From: Sphyrna mokarran
Taxonomy: Eukaryota
DNA length: 64,000 nucleotides
Assembly: GCA_024679065.1 (NCBI GenBank)
Contig: JAGIQG010000021.1
Coordinates: 20,088,001-20,152,000, forward strand
Direction of reading: 5' to 3'
In this document: positions 62,490 to 64,000 of the stretch, one piece after another
Position numbering within the stretch: position 1 is the first letter of the stretch
Layout of the letters: every line of letters begins with the position of its first letter
Position numbers and translations under genes: made by a program
The notes under the pieces: generated by a model
Database searches by the model: none
Seen by the model: the letters and a program-made list of their open reading frames with translations, nothing else
What the model was told of the DNA's origin: nothing

Positions 62490-63589
62490 TAGAAAGAAGA
62501 AGGCAGAAGTGTAGAAAGAAAAAGCTGAAGAGGGACTGCATAAAGGATGAAACTGGGTCCAAATAAATTATGGGTCCGTGAAAGCAATGTTTCTGACAGG
62601 AATATTTGACTAAGATATTCAATCATATCTTCAATGTCTGACTGGAAAATTATGAGGCCACATTTGCAGATTTTTGGGATTTGATGGCAACACTTGTGTA
62701 CAAGAGTTAATCACATTTTATGTAATTTAATGGTTTACATTTTATATTTGCAAAGTAATGCAAATAATGAAACTTATCATTATGTTTTAGAGCCTCAACC
62801 CTGTTGTTTTTCTATTATTCTTGAAATATGATTTCCCAGAGATTATGCTTACCTTTTTGAAGTCAGTTAGTGATGGATTTGCAGAAAGTTTGTTTGTTTT
62901 ACTTAAGATCACTAAACGGCCTCACCTGAGAAATTAAAAGGGATTTCATCAAATTTGCAAAAACTATCCTTACGTCAGTGCAAATTCTATATTATAGCAT
63001 ACAAACAACAGCTTCACATCAGTAATTTAAACAGTTTCACATCAGTAATTTATGAAAGTAATTGATAGAATTGTCAACATATCAACAAAGCAGTGAAAAA
63101 TCTGTCTTAAATTTTATCTGAGCTGGAATGGTCAGAGTGACCTGCTTTAATACAAGGTAAAGAATAGTTTCTGGAGAAAAGCCAATAGACTTTACATTTT
63201 TGATTATTTTTTACTGTAATAGTAGTTATAGGCAATATAAAATCAAAGATACATAGCAAGAGTTTAATAAAATTAACACTACTTTGAACTGCAAGCTAAT
63301 CAAGAAATAAAGATAACTTTTTTGTAAAATCTTACCACATCACCCAACGATACATCAAAGATCTTAATAACATTCATTAGGTATTATACATGCAGCATTG
63401 TGATGAATGAATAGTTTGTTTTTGGTGACATTGCTTAATGAAAAAAAAACAACTAAAGAATTCTCAGTTCCTACATTCAGTACCCATTTGAGCCATTGGG
63501 ATACTTGAAGAATAATCTCTTTAACAGTGCAGTTGCAATTTTGTAATTGTGGCCAATTATTACCTGGAAGATGCAAGCCCATGCATGGT

Positions 63590-64000
63590 AACGGAGCAAA
63601 GGGATCTCAGAGTACAAATATATCCATTGCAAAAAGTTGTGCCATATGTTAGCAAGACCATAAAGTAACAAGCAAAGCACTAGGTCTTATTTCTAGAGGG
63701 ATAGAAAATACTGGTAGGGAAGTTTAATCTGTGTTGAACATATGTTAGACCACACTTAGAGTACAGTGCGTAGAACCATCTCCATATTATAAAAATGGAT
63801 ATGGAGGCAGAGGGGAGTGCTTTATAGATGATCACCCATTTATGGAATTGGACAGCAGAAGATATTCTGATGATCCACAATTGTTTTAGACTAAGATGAA
63901 GGGAAGTTTCTTCACTTAGTGAATGGTGAACCTTTGGAATTCTCTTCCTTAGCGGGCTGTGGATGTTCAGTTGTTGAGTATATTCAAAGCTGAGCTAGAC
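63590..64000 (+). mobile_element. CR1 LINE ORF2 C-terminal fragment (runs off the window)
   Basis: EQRDLxV..., ALGLISRGIE, VRPHLEYS, and aacctttggaattctcttcc (xLWNSLP). Confidence 0.75.

Noticed and set aside
52000-64000. CBX8 or CBX2 exons expected from synteny
   Set aside because: I recognised no second chromodomain or C-box sequence on either strand.

Overview
Vertebrate genomic DNA, most likely an elasmobranch (shark), judged from its V-SINE/HE1-like, DeuSINE, CR1 and Penelope-type repeats. The only securely identifiable gene is a complete five-exon CBX4 (Polycomb chromobox 4/Pc2) on the + strand (ATG 42989, stop 48444, 546 aa). It lies in a broad CpG-retaining domain (~28.5-60 kb) with several promoter- or enhancer-like patches. 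The rest is mostly decayed transposons (CR1, L2, RTE, Rex1/Babar, PIF/Harbinger, SINEs), and nearly all ORFs in the supplied track are spurious. Features worth a second look: (1) two families of short dispersed elements carrying minimal type-I hammerhead ribozyme motifs, with a near-intact copy at 56971-57009 (-); (2) a 47-bp fold-back hairpin inside a CR1 fragment at 18292-18388; (3) a ~250-bp-arm inverted repeat upstream of CBX4; (4) clustered miR-15/16, miR-181 and Pumilio sites between alternative poly(A) signals in the CBX4 3'UTR; (5) a possible 3' end of an unidentified gene with alternative terminal exons in the first 12 kb. Repeat family assignments come from recognition by eye, not from database searches.
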